A stretch of DNA of 64,000 nucleotides from an uncultured Holophagae bacterium (GCA_963844865.1 CAWJPY010000006.1:187421-251420), one strand, 5' to 3'. Positions 1 to 9,450 are shown, counted from the stretch's first letter. The notes: generated from the letters alone by a model not told the origin. Made by a program: numbers and translations.

Positions 1-1
1 G

Positions 2-220
2 GCCATGGACGTCCAGCTCAAGGACTCCGAGGTGTCCCGCCGCCACGCCATGATCGAGCTGAGGGGCGAGGAGGCGACCCTGGTCGACCTGGGCGCCACC
101 AACGGCACCTACGTGGTGGGCGAACGTATTCAACGCGCGGAGCTGATGAATCGATCCGAGTTCACCCTCGGCTCCACGACCCTGATGCTCATCGTCACCC
201 ACACCGGCGAGACCGCGTAA
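2..220 (+). CDS. FHA domain-containing protein, C-terminal part (gene begins upstream of window)
   Basis: The ORF is open to the window edge. VSRRHAMIELRGEEATLVDLGATNGTYVVGERI matches the FHA core (SRxH...DLxSTNGTxVNG). TAA stop at 218-220. Confidence 0.8.
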   Translation, partial: AMDVQLKDSEVSRRHAMIELRGEEATLVDLGATNGTYVVGERIQRAELMNRSEFTLGSTTLMLIVTHTGETA

Positions 221-357
221 GCCTCGCGTCCGCGCCTGCGTCCGTGTCCGAAGCCGCGCTCGCGCCCGGGACATGGCGAAGGACCCGCAGAACTGGCCGC
301 GGAGGTGCCATGATGGCCGCCCCGGAGTCCGCCGGGCCGTCGCGGGCAGCGTGACAC

Positions 358-373
358 TGGCACTCGATTTGCT
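358..373 (+). promoter_or_regulatory. Candidate sigma-54 (-24/-12) promoter TGGCACTCGATTTGCT
   Basis: Exact fit to TGGCAC-N5-TTGCW with GG and GC spaced as in the consensus. It lies about 87 nt upstream of the ABC operon ATG at 460, in a 240-nt intergenic region. Confidence 0.5.
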
Positions 374-459
374 TATCATGTGCCGTTGAGGCGGGTCCTG
401 CGCGACGCCTCGCAGTCTGGCGCCGGGGACCCGCTCCCCCCAACAGGGAGGTAGGTTCG

Positions 460-1413
460 ATGATCGAGGTGGAAGGACTGACCAAGGTCTACGTGGACAC
501 GCCGGTGGTCGATGACATCTCCTTCTTCATCCCTGAAGGCCAGATCGTCGGCTTCCTCGGCCCCAACGGCGCCGGGAAGACCACCGCCATGCGCATGATC
601 ACCGCGTTTCTGCCGCCCACCGGCGGCCGGGTGGTCGTGGCCGGGGTCGACCTGGACCAGGATCCCATCGGCCTGCGGCGCAACGTGGGCTACCTGCCCG
701 AGAGCGTGCCCTTGTACCCGGAGATGCGGGTCGACGAGTACCTGCGCTTCCGGGCGGCGGTGGAGGAGGTGCCACGCTCTGAGGTGTCGGGGAAGCTCGA
801 CGAGGTCCTGGAGCGATGCATGCTCTCCGACGTTCGGCGCCAAGTGATCGGCACCCTGTCCAAGGGCTACCGGCAGCGTGTCGGCCTGGCCGGCGCCCTC
901 ATCCACGAACCCCAGGTCCTGATCCTGGACGAGCCCACCGTCGGGCTCGACCCCAATCAGATCATCAAGGTGCGCGAGCTCATCGCCGAGCTCGGCGCCG
1001 ACCACACCGTGATCCTGTCCACCCACATCCTGCCCGAGGTGGAGCAGGTCTGCGAGCGGGTGTTCATCATCGATCGCGGCCGCATCGTGGCCGACGGCAC
1101 CCCCGAGGCTCTGCGCACCGGCATGGTGGGCAACCCCACGGTGCGCGTCGAGCTGCGCTCAGGGAGCGACGCCGCCGGCGCCCTCGGATCGCTGCCCGGG
1201 GTGGCCACGGTGACGACCCAGGGCGACGGCTCGTACCTGGTGGAGCACCAGAGAGACGTGGATCCCCGCGAAGCGATCTTCCGGCTCGCGGTGGACAAGG
1301 GCTGGGTCCTCACCACCCTGGCCGCCGAGCAGGCCTCCCTGGAGGATGTCTTCGTGCGCCTGACAACGCGGGAGGTAGACGCCGCTCCCGCTCTCGTCGA
1401 GGAGGAAGCCTGA
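460..1413 (+). CDS. ABC transporter ATP-binding protein (ABC-2/GldA-like)
   Basis: Walker A GPNGAGKTT, signature LSKGYRQRV and Walker B LILDEPTVGLD. GGGAGG RBS before the ATG. The stop overlaps the next start (TGATG). Confidence 0.93.
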   Translation: MIEVEGLTKVYVDTPVVDDISFFIPEGQIVGFLGPNGAGKTTAMRMITAFLPPTGGRVVVAGVDLDQDPIGLRRNVGYLPESVPLYPEMRVDEYLRFRAAVEEVPRSEVSGKLDEVLERCMLSDVRRQVIGTLSKGYRQRVGLAGALIHEPQVLILDEPTVGLDPNQIIKVRELIAELGADHTVILSTHILPEVEQVCERVFIIDRGRIVADGTPEALRTGMVGNPTVRVELRSGSDAAGALGSLPGVATVTTQGDGSYLVEHQRDVDPREAIFRLAVDKGWVLTTLAAEQASLEDVFVRLTTREVDAAPALVEEEA

Positions 1414-2156
1414 TGAGAAAGACCCTGGCGATCGTGCGGCGCGAGCTGATCGCGTACTTCTCGTCACCCCTGGCCTACATCGTGCTCACCGCGTTCCTGC
1501 TCATGCAGGGCTACATCTTCTACATCATCGTTTCCTACCTCAACAACCCGAACACCCAGGCCATGACGCCCCTGCGGCTGTTCTTCGGGGGGACGGTGTT
1601 CTTCTGGCTGTTCCTGCTCTTCGTCGTGCCGGTGATCACCATGCGCCTGATCGCCGAGGAACGCCGCTCGGGGAGCATCGAGGTGCTGCTCACCTCGCCG
1701 GTCTCGGAGGGCCAGGTAATCACCGGGAAGTTCCTGGCCGCCTTCATCTTCTACCTGGTGCTGTGGGCGCCAACGCTCATCTACGTGCTCATCCTCAAGC
1801 AGCACTCCGCCATCGATCTGGGGCCGGTGGCCGCCGGCTACCTCGGCGTGGCCCTCATCGGCTTCCTCTTCCTCGGGGTCGGCACCTTCGCCTCCACCCT
1901 CACCAACAACCAGCTGGTCGCCGCGATCCTGGCCTTCGCGGCCATGATCGTCCTCTTCTCCATCGGGCTCGTGGAGCAGCTCGTGGTGTCCTCCTCGGCG
2001 ATCCGCGACGCCCTCATCCAGATGAACCTGTGGACCCACATGGACGACTACGCCAAGGGCATCGTCGACAGCCGGCACGTGGTGTACGAGCTGTCGGTGG
2101 GGCTGCTGTTCCTCTTCTTGGCCAGCAAGTCCCTCGAGGTCAAGAAGTGGAGGTGA
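1413..2156 (+). CDS. ABC-2 type transporter permease (GldF-like)
   Basis: The internal ATG at 1413 of ORF 816..2156 gives MRKTLAIVRRELIAYFSSPLAYIV. The product is a multi-TM hydrophobic protein. The start is coupled to the upstream ATPase stop. Confidence 0.88.
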   Translation: MRKTLAIVRRELIAYFSSPLAYIVLTAFLLMQGYIFYIIVSYLNNPNTQAMTPLRLFFGGTVFFWLFLLFVVPVITMRLIAEERRSGSIEVLLTSPVSEGQVITGKFLAAFIFYLVLWAPTLIYVLILKQHSAIDLGPVAAGYLGVALIGFLFLGVGTFASTLTNNQLVAAILAFAAMIVLFSIGLVEQLVVSSSAIRDALIQMNLWTHMDDYAKGIVDSRHVVYELSVGLLFLFLASKSLEVKKWR

Positions 2157-2160
2157 CGGG

Positions 2161-3684
2161 ATGAAGCGAAACACGATCCGCTACTGGCTGTCCGGAACCC
2201 TCGGCATCGTGCTCGCCGTGGCCCTGGTGATCATGGTCAACTGGCTGGGCGCGCGGCACTACGTCTCCGGAGACTGGACCTCCTCCAACGTCTACTCGGT
2301 GTCCGCCAAGACCCAGAACATCCTGTCGGAGCTCTCCGAGCCGATCCGGGTGGTGGTCTTCATGACGCCGGCCAGCCCCCTGTACGACCAGGTGCACGAG
2401 CTGCTCAACCGCTATGCGGCGGCGAGCGACAAGATCACGGTGGAGTACATCGATCCCGACAAGGAACCACTGAAGACGCGCCAGCTCGCCCAGCAGTTCG
2501 GCATCTCGGCCGCCGACACCGTGGTCTTCTCCGCCGGTGACCGCACCAAGTACGTGACCGCCGACCAGATGGCCGACTACGACTATGCCGGCATGCAGTA
2601 CGGCCAGTCGCCGAGCCTGAAGAGCTTCAAGGGCGAGGAGGAGTTCACGGCCGCCATCCTGTCCCTGGTGGCGCCCGGCGTGCCCAAGGTGTACTTCGTG
2701 ACCGGGCACGGCGAGCCCAAGCTCGCCGCCGCCGCGGCGCCGGGCGGGGGCAACGCCTCGGAGCGCAGCCTGGCGACGCTGAAAGAGGTCCTCAAGCGCG
2801 ACAACATCGACGCCGAGGAGACCACGCTGCTGGGCGGCAAGGTCCCCGACGACGCCGACGTCCTCGCCATCATCGGTCCCACCCAGCCCTACACCGAGAC
2901 CGAGGTGAAGGTGCTCAAGGACTACCTCGACGGCGGCGGTCGCCTCCTGGTGGCCCTCGATCCTCTCATCCAGCCGGACGGGACCATGCGTTCCACCCGC
3001 CTGGAGGGGCTCCTCTCGGAGTACGGGATCAGCGTCGGCAACGACCTGGTGGTGGACCCGTCGCGCCGCCTGCCGTTCTACGATCTGTCGGCGGTCTACC
3101 TCACCGACTTCCCCGCGGGTCCCCTGTCACAAGGTCTCGAGGGTTCGGCGGCCCTGTTCGTGGTCGCCCGCTCCGTGGCCCCTGCCAGCGGCGGCCAGGC
3201 CAAGGCCGTCGTGGACACCTCGGATGAGGGCTGGGGCGAGACCAACCTCAAGCAGCTCCTGACGGGGCAGCCGGTGGCGAAGGACGCCGCCGACGTCGCC
3301 GGGCCCGTCGCGGTGGGCGTGACCGTGGAGGGCTCCACCAAGCCTGCAGACACCGACACCACACAGGCCGACGGAGACAACGGGAAGCTGGCCGCGGCCG
3401 ATGATGCGACCCCTCCGTCCTACCGCATCGCGGCCTTCGGCGACTCCGACTTCCTGTCCGACTTCGAGATCTCCAACGCCGGCAACCTGACCCTGGCCAA
3501 CAACGCCTTCAGCTGGTTGGCGGCCCGTCAGGCCACCCTCGGCATCGCGGCGCGGCCGGTGGAGCAGGTGAACCTGTTCCTGTCGCAGCAGCAGATGCGC
3601 ACCATCCTGCTCATCACGCTGCTCGGGATGCCGGGCGCCGCGATCGTGCTCGGGGTGCTGGTGTGGCGGAGGCGGCGGCACTAG
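2161..3684 (+). CDS. GldG-like ABC transporter auxiliary protein (N- and C-terminal TM anchors)
   Basis: 507-aa ORF with a GGAGG RBS. It has an N-terminal TM, a large soluble region and a C-terminal TM followed by WRRRRH. It is the third gene of the GldA/F/G-type trio. Confidence 0.8.
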   Translation: MKRNTIRYWLSGTLGIVLAVALVIMVNWLGARHYVSGDWTSSNVYSVSAKTQNILSELSEPIRVVVFMTPASPLYDQVHELLNRYAAASDKITVEYIDPDKEPLKTRQLAQQFGISAADTVVFSAGDRTKYVTADQMADYDYAGMQYGQSPSLKSFKGEEEFTAAILSLVAPGVPKVYFVTGHGEPKLAAAAAPGGGNASERSLATLKEVLKRDNIDAEETTLLGGKVPDDADVLAIIGPTQPYTETEVKVLKDYLDGGGRLLVALDPLIQPDGTMRSTRLEGLLSEYGISVGNDLVVDPSRRLPFYDLSAVYLTDFPAGPLSQGLEGSAALFVVARSVAPASGGQAKAVVDTSDEGWGETNLKQLLTGQPVAKDAADVAGPVAVGVTVEGSTKPADTDTTQADGDNGKLAAADDATPPSYRIAAFGDSDFLSDFEISNAGNLTLANNAFSWLAARQATLGIAARPVEQVNLFLSQQQMRTILLITLLGMPGAAIVLGVLVWRRRRH

Positions 3685-3688
3685 CTTG

Positions 3689-3745
3689 GAATTGAGAATT
3701 CTTGATTAAGAATTACGAGCTTAGAATTCAAAATTGAGAATTACC
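3689..3745. repeat. AT-rich array of eight 7-bp phased units (GAATTGA GAATTCT TGATTAA GAATTAC GAGCTTA GAATTCA AAATTGA GAATTAC)
   Basis: Read directly from the sequence. It starts 5 nt after the TAG stop at 3682-3684. The same unit family recurs at 22046-22144. Confidence 0.85.
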
Positions 3746-3834
3746 AACCCCTCCCCAACCCTGACCGCCTGCCACCGGCTAGGCAGGCACGGAGTCTGGT
3801 CAGTGAGAGTCGGAACGTCCGGGAGGCGTCAAGC

Positions 3835-5241
3835 ATGAAACCGAGGAACCTCGTCGTCCTGACCGTTGTCGTGGCGGTGTTCGCGGCCTTCATCCTCTTC
3901 TACGAGCGCCACCAACCCACCACCGAGGAGGCGCGGCAGCGCGCCGACAAGGTCTTCCCCGATCTCGAGCGCGACCAGGTCCAGACGCTGGCGATCCACA
4001 ACTCCCACGGCGACTTCACCCTCGTCAAGAAGGACGGAGCGTGGCGGCTGACCTCGCCCATCGACTTCCCTGCCGACAGCTCCGCTGTGAGCTCCCTGCT
4101 GGGCTCGCTCACCTCGCTCAAGCAGGAGCGCCGCCTGCAGCCGTCCGAGGTCGAGGCCGGCGCCTACGGCCTGGACTCGCCTCCCCTGAAGGTCACGGCC
4201 ACCACCCAGAAGGGCGCCTCCTACGAGCTGGCGGTGGGCGAGGAGACGCCTCTCGGCTCCAAGCGCGCCGTGCGTCGGGACGACAACAAGGACATCCTGC
4301 TCTGTGCCGGCTGGTTCGTGAAGGACATCGACAAGCCCCTGGACGACTGGCGCTCCCGCAGCGTCCTCGACGTGAGCGCCGACCAGGTCGCCTCGCTGCA
4401 GGTCACGAGCGGCTCAGACCACGTGCAGGTGGCCAAGGAGGGCGAGCTGTGGAAGCTCCTGGAGCCGGTCAAAGACCTCGCCGACCGTGACCAGGTCCGC
4501 GGTGTGATCAACGACCTCGACAGCCTCCGGGTGGAGGAGTTCGTCGACGGACAGCAGGCGCAGCCCGGTGCCCTGGGCCTGGATGCGCCTACCTACCGCG
4601 TGACCGTCATCCGCGACGAGGGCCAGGCCCCCATTGAGCTGGACTTCGGGACGACACGGCAGAAGGACGGGACGACCCAGATCGCCTGCCGGCGCTCCGG
4701 CGACGAGGTGCTCTGGGTGAAGGACGACATCAGCACCCGTCTGGCCAAGGCGCCGGTCCGCTGGCGCTCCCCCAAGGTCTTCCCCTTCGACACGTGGAAC
4801 GTGGACAAGCTGAGCCTCGGCGACGGCGAGAACACGGCCTCCGTCACGCGCGCTGAGGGGCTGTGGAAGACCTCCGCGGGCGGTGAGGTCGACGGCAGCG
4901 CGGTCCAGCAGCGCTTGAGCTCCCTGGCCGGTCTCGAGGCGAAGGAGTTCGACCTGCTGCAGCCGGCCACGGCCAAGATGGGCCAGGCCACGGTGGAGCT
5001 GCGCGCTCCGGGCGCCGACGCTTCCGCCGAGCCGACCACCGTCACCTACACCTTCTATCGGCCCCTGACACAGGGCGGGGACGCCATGGTGACGGTGAGC
5101 GCGCGCTCCACGGTCATGAGCGTGGACGCCGCTGCGGCGGAGAAGATCCTCGCCGATCCCGGCGCCCTGAGCGCGCCACAGCCGGAGCCCACCACAACGC
5201 CCGGTGAGCAAGGATCATCCGAGGCTCACCCGCAGGATTGA
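3835..5241 (+). CDS. DUF4340-like protein (N-terminal membrane anchor), commonly follows gldG-like genes
   Basis: 468-aa ORF with a GGGAGG RBS and an N-terminal TM (LVVLTVVVAVFAAFILF). Synteny with the ABC trio supports the call. The family assignment is from memory. Confidence 0.7.
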   Translation: MKPRNLVVLTVVVAVFAAFILFYERHQPTTEEARQRADKVFPDLERDQVQTLAIHNSHGDFTLVKKDGAWRLTSPIDFPADSSAVSSLLGSLTSLKQERRLQPSEVEAGAYGLDSPPLKVTATTQKGASYELAVGEETPLGSKRAVRRDDNKDILLCAGWFVKDIDKPLDDWRSRSVLDVSADQVASLQVTSGSDHVQVAKEGELWKLLEPVKDLADRDQVRGVINDLDSLRVEEFVDGQQAQPGALGLDAPTYRVTVIRDEGQAPIELDFGTTRQKDGTTQIACRRSGDEVLWVKDDISTRLAKAPVRWRSPKVFPFDTWNVDKLSLGDGENTASVTRAEGLWKTSAGGEVDGSAVQQRLSSLAGLEAKEFDLLQPATAKMGQATVELRAPGADASAEPTTVTYTFYRPLTQGGDAMVTVSARSTVMSVDAAAAEKILADPGALSAPQPEPTTTPGEQGSSEAHPQD

Positions 5242-5332
5242 CGTGACGCCTCCCGTCTCCAGACACCTGCGTTACAATCGTGGCGCGGCGCGCTCGCAGC
5301 CGGGCGCGGCAGGAGCGGAGGGAGACGACGAC

Positions 5333-7639
5333 GTGGCGGCCGCTCCCGACTGGCGTCAACAGTTCAACGACCTCCAGCGCAGGCGGCCTGAGCTCGCGGA
5401 GCGGGTCTGTCGGCGGCTCTTGGTTGAAATGCAGCACCTCGGGCTCCTGGACTTCGAGGAGCTGGACAACGAACTTGCCGTGGGGCTGCGCTTGGTCGGC
5501 CCCCGCGGGGACGTGGATCCCAACCGCCCCAAGCCCACCCTGCCGTCGGACTCGCAGTTCGCTCTCTACGACCTCGCCCTGAAGCACGCCGAGGAGCACC
5601 TGCCACCTGAGCAGATCACCGCCACCATCCTGCTGGTCGAGAAGCGGCAGCTCGCCCACGAGGTCTCCCGCCTGGCCGAGGACACCGACACGCCGCTACC
5701 CCTCCTCAGAGCCAAGGTGCGTGAGTTCCTGGAGTTCGCCCCCGGCGAGGCGGCGGCCCCGCCCGAGGACGTGATCGGCACCCGGGCGGCCCTGGTGCGC
5801 CGCCTCCTCACCGACCAGCTCGACTTCATCTCGGTGGCGAAGCAGTTCATCAGGGTGCGTGAGTTCCGGCAGGTGCTGGACCGGATCATTCCCACCGACG
5901 GCAACCAGGGACGCCTGGGCGGCAAGGCGGCCGGGCTGATCCTGGCCCAGGCGATGCTCGACCAGGCCAAGCGTCAGGGGCGGTACGACGGTGACTTCAG
6001 AGTGCCGAGGTCGTACTTCCTCCCCTCCAACGGCACCATCGAGTTCATCGAGTACAACGGCTTCGAGGAGCTCATCAACGTCAAGTACAAGCCCATCGAA
6101 GAGGTCCGAGAGGAGTACCCGCTGGTGGAGCGCCTGTTCAAGAGCGGCGCGTTCCCACCGGTGATTCACGCCGGTCTGGAGGCGATGCTCGAGGAGATCG
6201 GTGAGGCGCCACTGGTGGTGCGGTCCTCGAGCCTCCTGGAGGACCGCATCGGTCACGCCTTCTCGGGCAAGTACAAGAGCCTCTTCATCCCCAATCGGGG
6301 CCCTCTCGAGCAGCGGCTGACAGAGCTCGAGGACGCGATCTCCGAGGTCTACGCCTCGGTCTTCCACCCCGACCCCATCGAGTACCGGCGAGAGCGCAAC
6401 CTCATCGACTTCCAGGAGCAGATGGGCATCCTCATCCAGGAGGTGGTCGGCCGCGTGGTTGGCGACATGATGTTCCCGGTCTTCGCGGGGGTCGCCTTCT
6501 CCCTGTGCGAGGTCAGGTGGTCACCCCGCATCCGCCGCACCGACGGCATGGCCCGCCTGGTGCTCGGCCTCGGCACCCGGGCGGTGGACCGGACGGTCTC
6601 CGACTACCCGGTGCTGGTGGCCCTCGAGCAGCCAACGCTCAAGGCGGTGCAGCGTCCCAACGAGATCTACCGGTACTCGCAGCAGGAGGTGGACGTGGTG
6701 GACCTCAGGGAAGGCCACTTCCAGAGCGTCCCCCTGCGCGAGGTTCTGCAGCGCGCCGGCCGTCGCGGCCTGCCGCGGATGCACCGCATCTTCTCCATCT
6801 ATCGCGACAATCAGATCCTACCAATGGTCGGCATCATGGCCCAGGTCGCCACCGACGAGCTGGTCGTGACCTTCGACGGGCTCACGGACTCCCCGTTCCC
6901 CCGGGACCTCAAGGCGATGCTGGACATCCTCCAGGACGGCCTCGGCGAGCCGGTGGACGTCGAGTTCGCGCACGACGGAGAGCACCTGTACATGCTCCAG
7001 TGCCGCAGCCTCGCCCAGAGCAAGTCCGCGGCCCGGGTTCCCGTCCCTTGGCAGATTCCCCAGGACCACCGCATCTTCTCGGCCAATCGTTACGTCCAGA
7101 CGGCCCAGGTCCACAACCTCCAGTACGTGGTCTTGGTGGACCCCAGGGACTACGAGCAGCTCACCTCTCGGGAACACATGTTGCGGGTGGCCAGAGCCGT
7201 CGGCGCCGTCAACCGAGCCCTCCCGAGCCGCTCGTTCCTGCTCATGGGACCGGGTCGTTGGGGGAGTCGGGGCGACATCCGCCTGGGCGTGCCGGTCACC
7301 TACTCCGACATCTGTCACACGGCCATGCTGGTGGAGATCGCACGCAAGAAAGGCGCCTATCTTCCCGAGGTCTCCTTCGGCACCCACTTCTTCAATGACC
7401 TGGTGGAGTCCGAGATCGCCTATCTGCCCCTCTATCCCGACGAGCCCGGCGTGGTGTGGAACGAGGAGTTTCTGCGGGGATCGCACAACGTCTTGGAGCA
7501 GGTCGCGCCGGAGTTCCGCGACCTCGCCGCTGCGGTCCGCGTCGTCGCGGTACCGGAGGCCGGCGACGGCCTCCTCCTCCACGTCGTCATGGATGGCGAA
7601 GAGGACAGGGCCCTCGCCTATCTCGGGCCGCCCACGTAG
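5333..7639 (+). CDS. PEP/pyruvate-binding (PPDK_N / ATP-grasp type) domain protein
   Basis: GGKAAGLILAQ and VVRSSSLLEDRIGHAFSGKYKSLF are typical of the PEP synthase / pyruvate phosphate dikinase N-terminal domain. The start is set at GTG 5333, preceded by GGAGGGAG. The ORF is open from GTG 5204, so the start is uncertain. Confidence 0.75.
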   Translation: MAAAPDWRQQFNDLQRRRPELAERVCRRLLVEMQHLGLLDFEELDNELAVGLRLVGPRGDVDPNRPKPTLPSDSQFALYDLALKHAEEHLPPEQITATILLVEKRQLAHEVSRLAEDTDTPLPLLRAKVREFLEFAPGEAAAPPEDVIGTRAALVRRLLTDQLDFISVAKQFIRVREFRQVLDRIIPTDGNQGRLGGKAAGLILAQAMLDQAKRQGRYDGDFRVPRSYFLPSNGTIEFIEYNGFEELINVKYKPIEEVREEYPLVERLFKSGAFPPVIHAGLEAMLEEIGEAPLVVRSSSLLEDRIGHAFSGKYKSLFIPNRGPLEQRLTELEDAISEVYASVFHPDPIEYRRERNLIDFQEQMGILIQEVVGRVVGDMMFPVFAGVAFSLCEVRWSPRIRRTDGMARLVLGLGTRAVDRTVSDYPVLVALEQPTLKAVQRPNEIYRYSQQEVDVVDLREGHFQSVPLREVLQRAGRRGLPRMHRIFSIYRDNQILPMVGIMAQVATDELVVTFDGLTDSPFPRDLKAMLDILQDGLGEPVDVEFAHDGEHLYMLQCRSLAQSKSAARVPVPWQIPQDHRIFSANRYVQTAQVHNLQYVVLVDPRDYEQLTSREHMLRVARAVGAVNRALPSRSFLLMGPGRWGSRGDIRLGVPVTYSDICHTAMLVEIARKKGAYLPEVSFGTHFFNDLVESEIAYLPLYPDEPGVVWNEEFLRGSHNVLEQVAPEFRDLAAAVRVVAVPEAGDGLLLHVVMDGEEDRALAYLGPPT

Positions 7640-7690
7640 CTGACGGACAGCGGCTGCGATCGGCGGCTGCGATCGGCGGCACAGACCGCG

Positions 7691-7750
7691 CTCGACGACT
7701 TCGACCGCGTGCGGGCGATGACGTGGCGCCTCCTCAACCCGAAGGCCTGA
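7691..7750 (+). pseudogene. Remnant of a four-helix-bundle (23S rRNA IVS-type) protein gene, last 19 codons only
   Basis: It translates to LDDFDRVRAMTWRLLNPKA*, matching the C-terminus of the intact gene at 10707-11060 (FDEVRAMTWRLLNPTR*). GCGATCGGCGGCT repeats lie upstream and a homologous CGCTG-rich tail lies downstream. Confidence 0.7.
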
Positions 7751-7926
7751 CGATCCTCAGGTCCAGAGACGCGCCGGGGGCGCTGAACGCCGACGCGGAC
7801 CGCTGCCCACTGCCGCGGTCGCTGTTCGCGGTCGCCGTCTCTGATCGCAGTCGCTGGCGGCTGTCGCCGGGACTGCCGCTGCTCCGGACGCGGGAACGCA
7901 TCGGTGAGATGGGCTGAAAGAACAAC

Positions 7927-7950
7927 GCCCCCTCCCGGACGGGAGGGGGC
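7927..7950 (-). terminator. Rho-independent terminator downstream of gdh (GCCCCCTCCC-GGAC-GGGAGGGGGC)
   Basis: Perfect 10-bp GC stem located 28 nt after the gdh stop. On the minus strand it is followed by GUUGUUCUUUC. Confidence 0.75.
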
Positions 7951-7977
7951 GATTCGACATTCAAGACTCGGAGTTGA

Positions 7978-9261
7978 CTAGGCCCAGCCCCGCAGGCGAC
8001 ACGCCGTCGCCACCCGCTGGATGGCGATCATGTAGGCCGCGCTGCGCATGTACTCGCCGGTCTCCTCGGCCAGGTCCGCGACGGCGTGGAAGGCCGACGT
8101 CATCTTCTGGTCGAGGCGCTCCAGGACCTCTTCCCGGGGCCAGAAGAAGTTCGAGTTGCACTGCACCTGCTCGAAGTAGGAGCAGGTCACACCGCCCGCG
8201 TTGGCCAGGAAGTCCGGAATGACGAAGATCCCCCGCTTCTCCAGCACCTCGTCCGCCTCCGGGGTGGTGGGACCGTTGGCGCCCTCGGCCAGGATCCGCA
8301 CCGCACCGTTGATGCGCTCGACGTTGTCACCGGTGACCTGATTCTCCAGGGCGGCCGGAATCAGGATCTCGGCCTCCTGCTCGAGCCAGGCGTCGCCGCC
8401 GGCGATCTCATACCCCGCCTCGGTGGCCTTGTCCTTGTCGATGGTCCCGAAGCGGTCGGTGATGGAGAGCAAAAATTCCACGTCCACGCCGTCCCGCTTG
8501 ATGAAGGTGTAGGCCGCGTGATCCATGTTGTCCCAGCATCCCACCGCCACCACCGTGCCGCCCATCTCCCCCATCAGCTTGGCGGCATACTGGCCGACGT
8601 TGCCGAAGCCCTGGACCGAGGCCCGCATCCCAGCCACCGGCAGGTCCATGCGCGACAGGGCCTCGCGCACCGCGTACATCACGCCGTAGCCCGTGGCCTC
8701 GGTCCGCCCCAGGGAGCCGCCCACCTCCACCGGCTTGCCGGTGATCATGCCCGGGTAGTGACCGCCGGTGAGCTTCTCGTACTCGTCCATGATCCAGACC
8801 ATGTGCTGCGGGCTGGTCATGACGTCGGGAGCGGGCACGTCCTGGATGGGACCGACGTTGCGGACCACCTGGCGGACCCATCCACGGCACAGACCTTCCT
8901 GCTCCCGGGGCGACAGGTCGTGGGGATCGCAGATCACGCCTCCCTTGCCGCCGCCGAGGGGGATGTCCACCACCGCGCACTTCCAGGTCATCCAGGTCGC
9001 CAGGGCCCGGACCGTGTCCACGGTCTCCTGGGGGTGGAAGCGGATCCCGCCCTTGGCGGGACCGCGGGCATCGTTGTGCTGGACCCGGAAGCCGCGGAAG
9101 ACGCGGACGCGACCGTGGTCCATGCGGACCGGGATCGTGAAGTGGTACTCGCGCTGCGGCCATCGGAGGAGATCTCGCAGCGCGTCGTCGAGCTGGAGCT
9201 TCTCGGCCACGGTGTCGAACTGCCGCTGGGCCATCTCGAATGCGTTGAACTGCCTGCTCAT
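7978..9261 (-). CDS. gdhA: Glutamate dehydrogenase (Glu/Leu/Phe/Val dehydrogenase family)
   Basis: KGGIRFHP and LGGGKGG motifs plus a GFGNVG Rossmann motif. The start at ATG 9261 is preceded by GGAGGA. The longer ORF to 9321 has no support. Confidence 0.92.
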   Translation of the reverse strand: MSRQFNAFEMAQRQFDTVAEKLQLDDALRDLLRWPQREYHFTIPVRMDHGRVRVFRGFRVQHNDARGPAKGGIRFHPQETVDTVRALATWMTWKCAVVDIPLGGGKGGVICDPHDLSPREQEGLCRGWVRQVVRNVGPIQDVPAPDVMTSPQHMVWIMDEYEKLTGGHYPGMITGKPVEVGGSLGRTEATGYGVMYAVREALSRMDLPVAGMRASVQGFGNVGQYAAKLMGEMGGTVVAVGCWDNMDHAAYTFIKRDGVDVEFLLSITDRFGTIDKDKATEAGYEIAGGDAWLEQEAEILIPAALENQVTGDNVERINGAVRILAEGANGPTTPEADEVLEKRGIFVIPDFLANAGGVTCSYFEQVQCNSNFFWPREEVLERLDQKMTSAFHAVADLAEETGEYMRSAAYMIAIQRVATACRLRGWA

Positions 9262-9450
9262 GATTCCTCCGTGCCGGGCGGCCCCCACACTCCGCTTCAC
9301 CCACCAGACTCCTGGCCGCACCTCCGACCGGCGAGTTTATACGCCCCCGCGACGGCTACGTCAACCGTTGTGGGGCACCTTGTGAAAACAAGTGCAAAGA
9401 CGTGAGTAGTCCTGGTGGCAGGGGGCTATACTGCGAACGTGCCGTCCCCG

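Noticed and set aside
816-1412. N-terminal 199 codons of ORF 816..2156
   Set aside because: This part overlaps the ABC ATPase gene in another frame and has an R/P/G-rich shadow translation. The permease clearly starts at the coupled ATG 1413.
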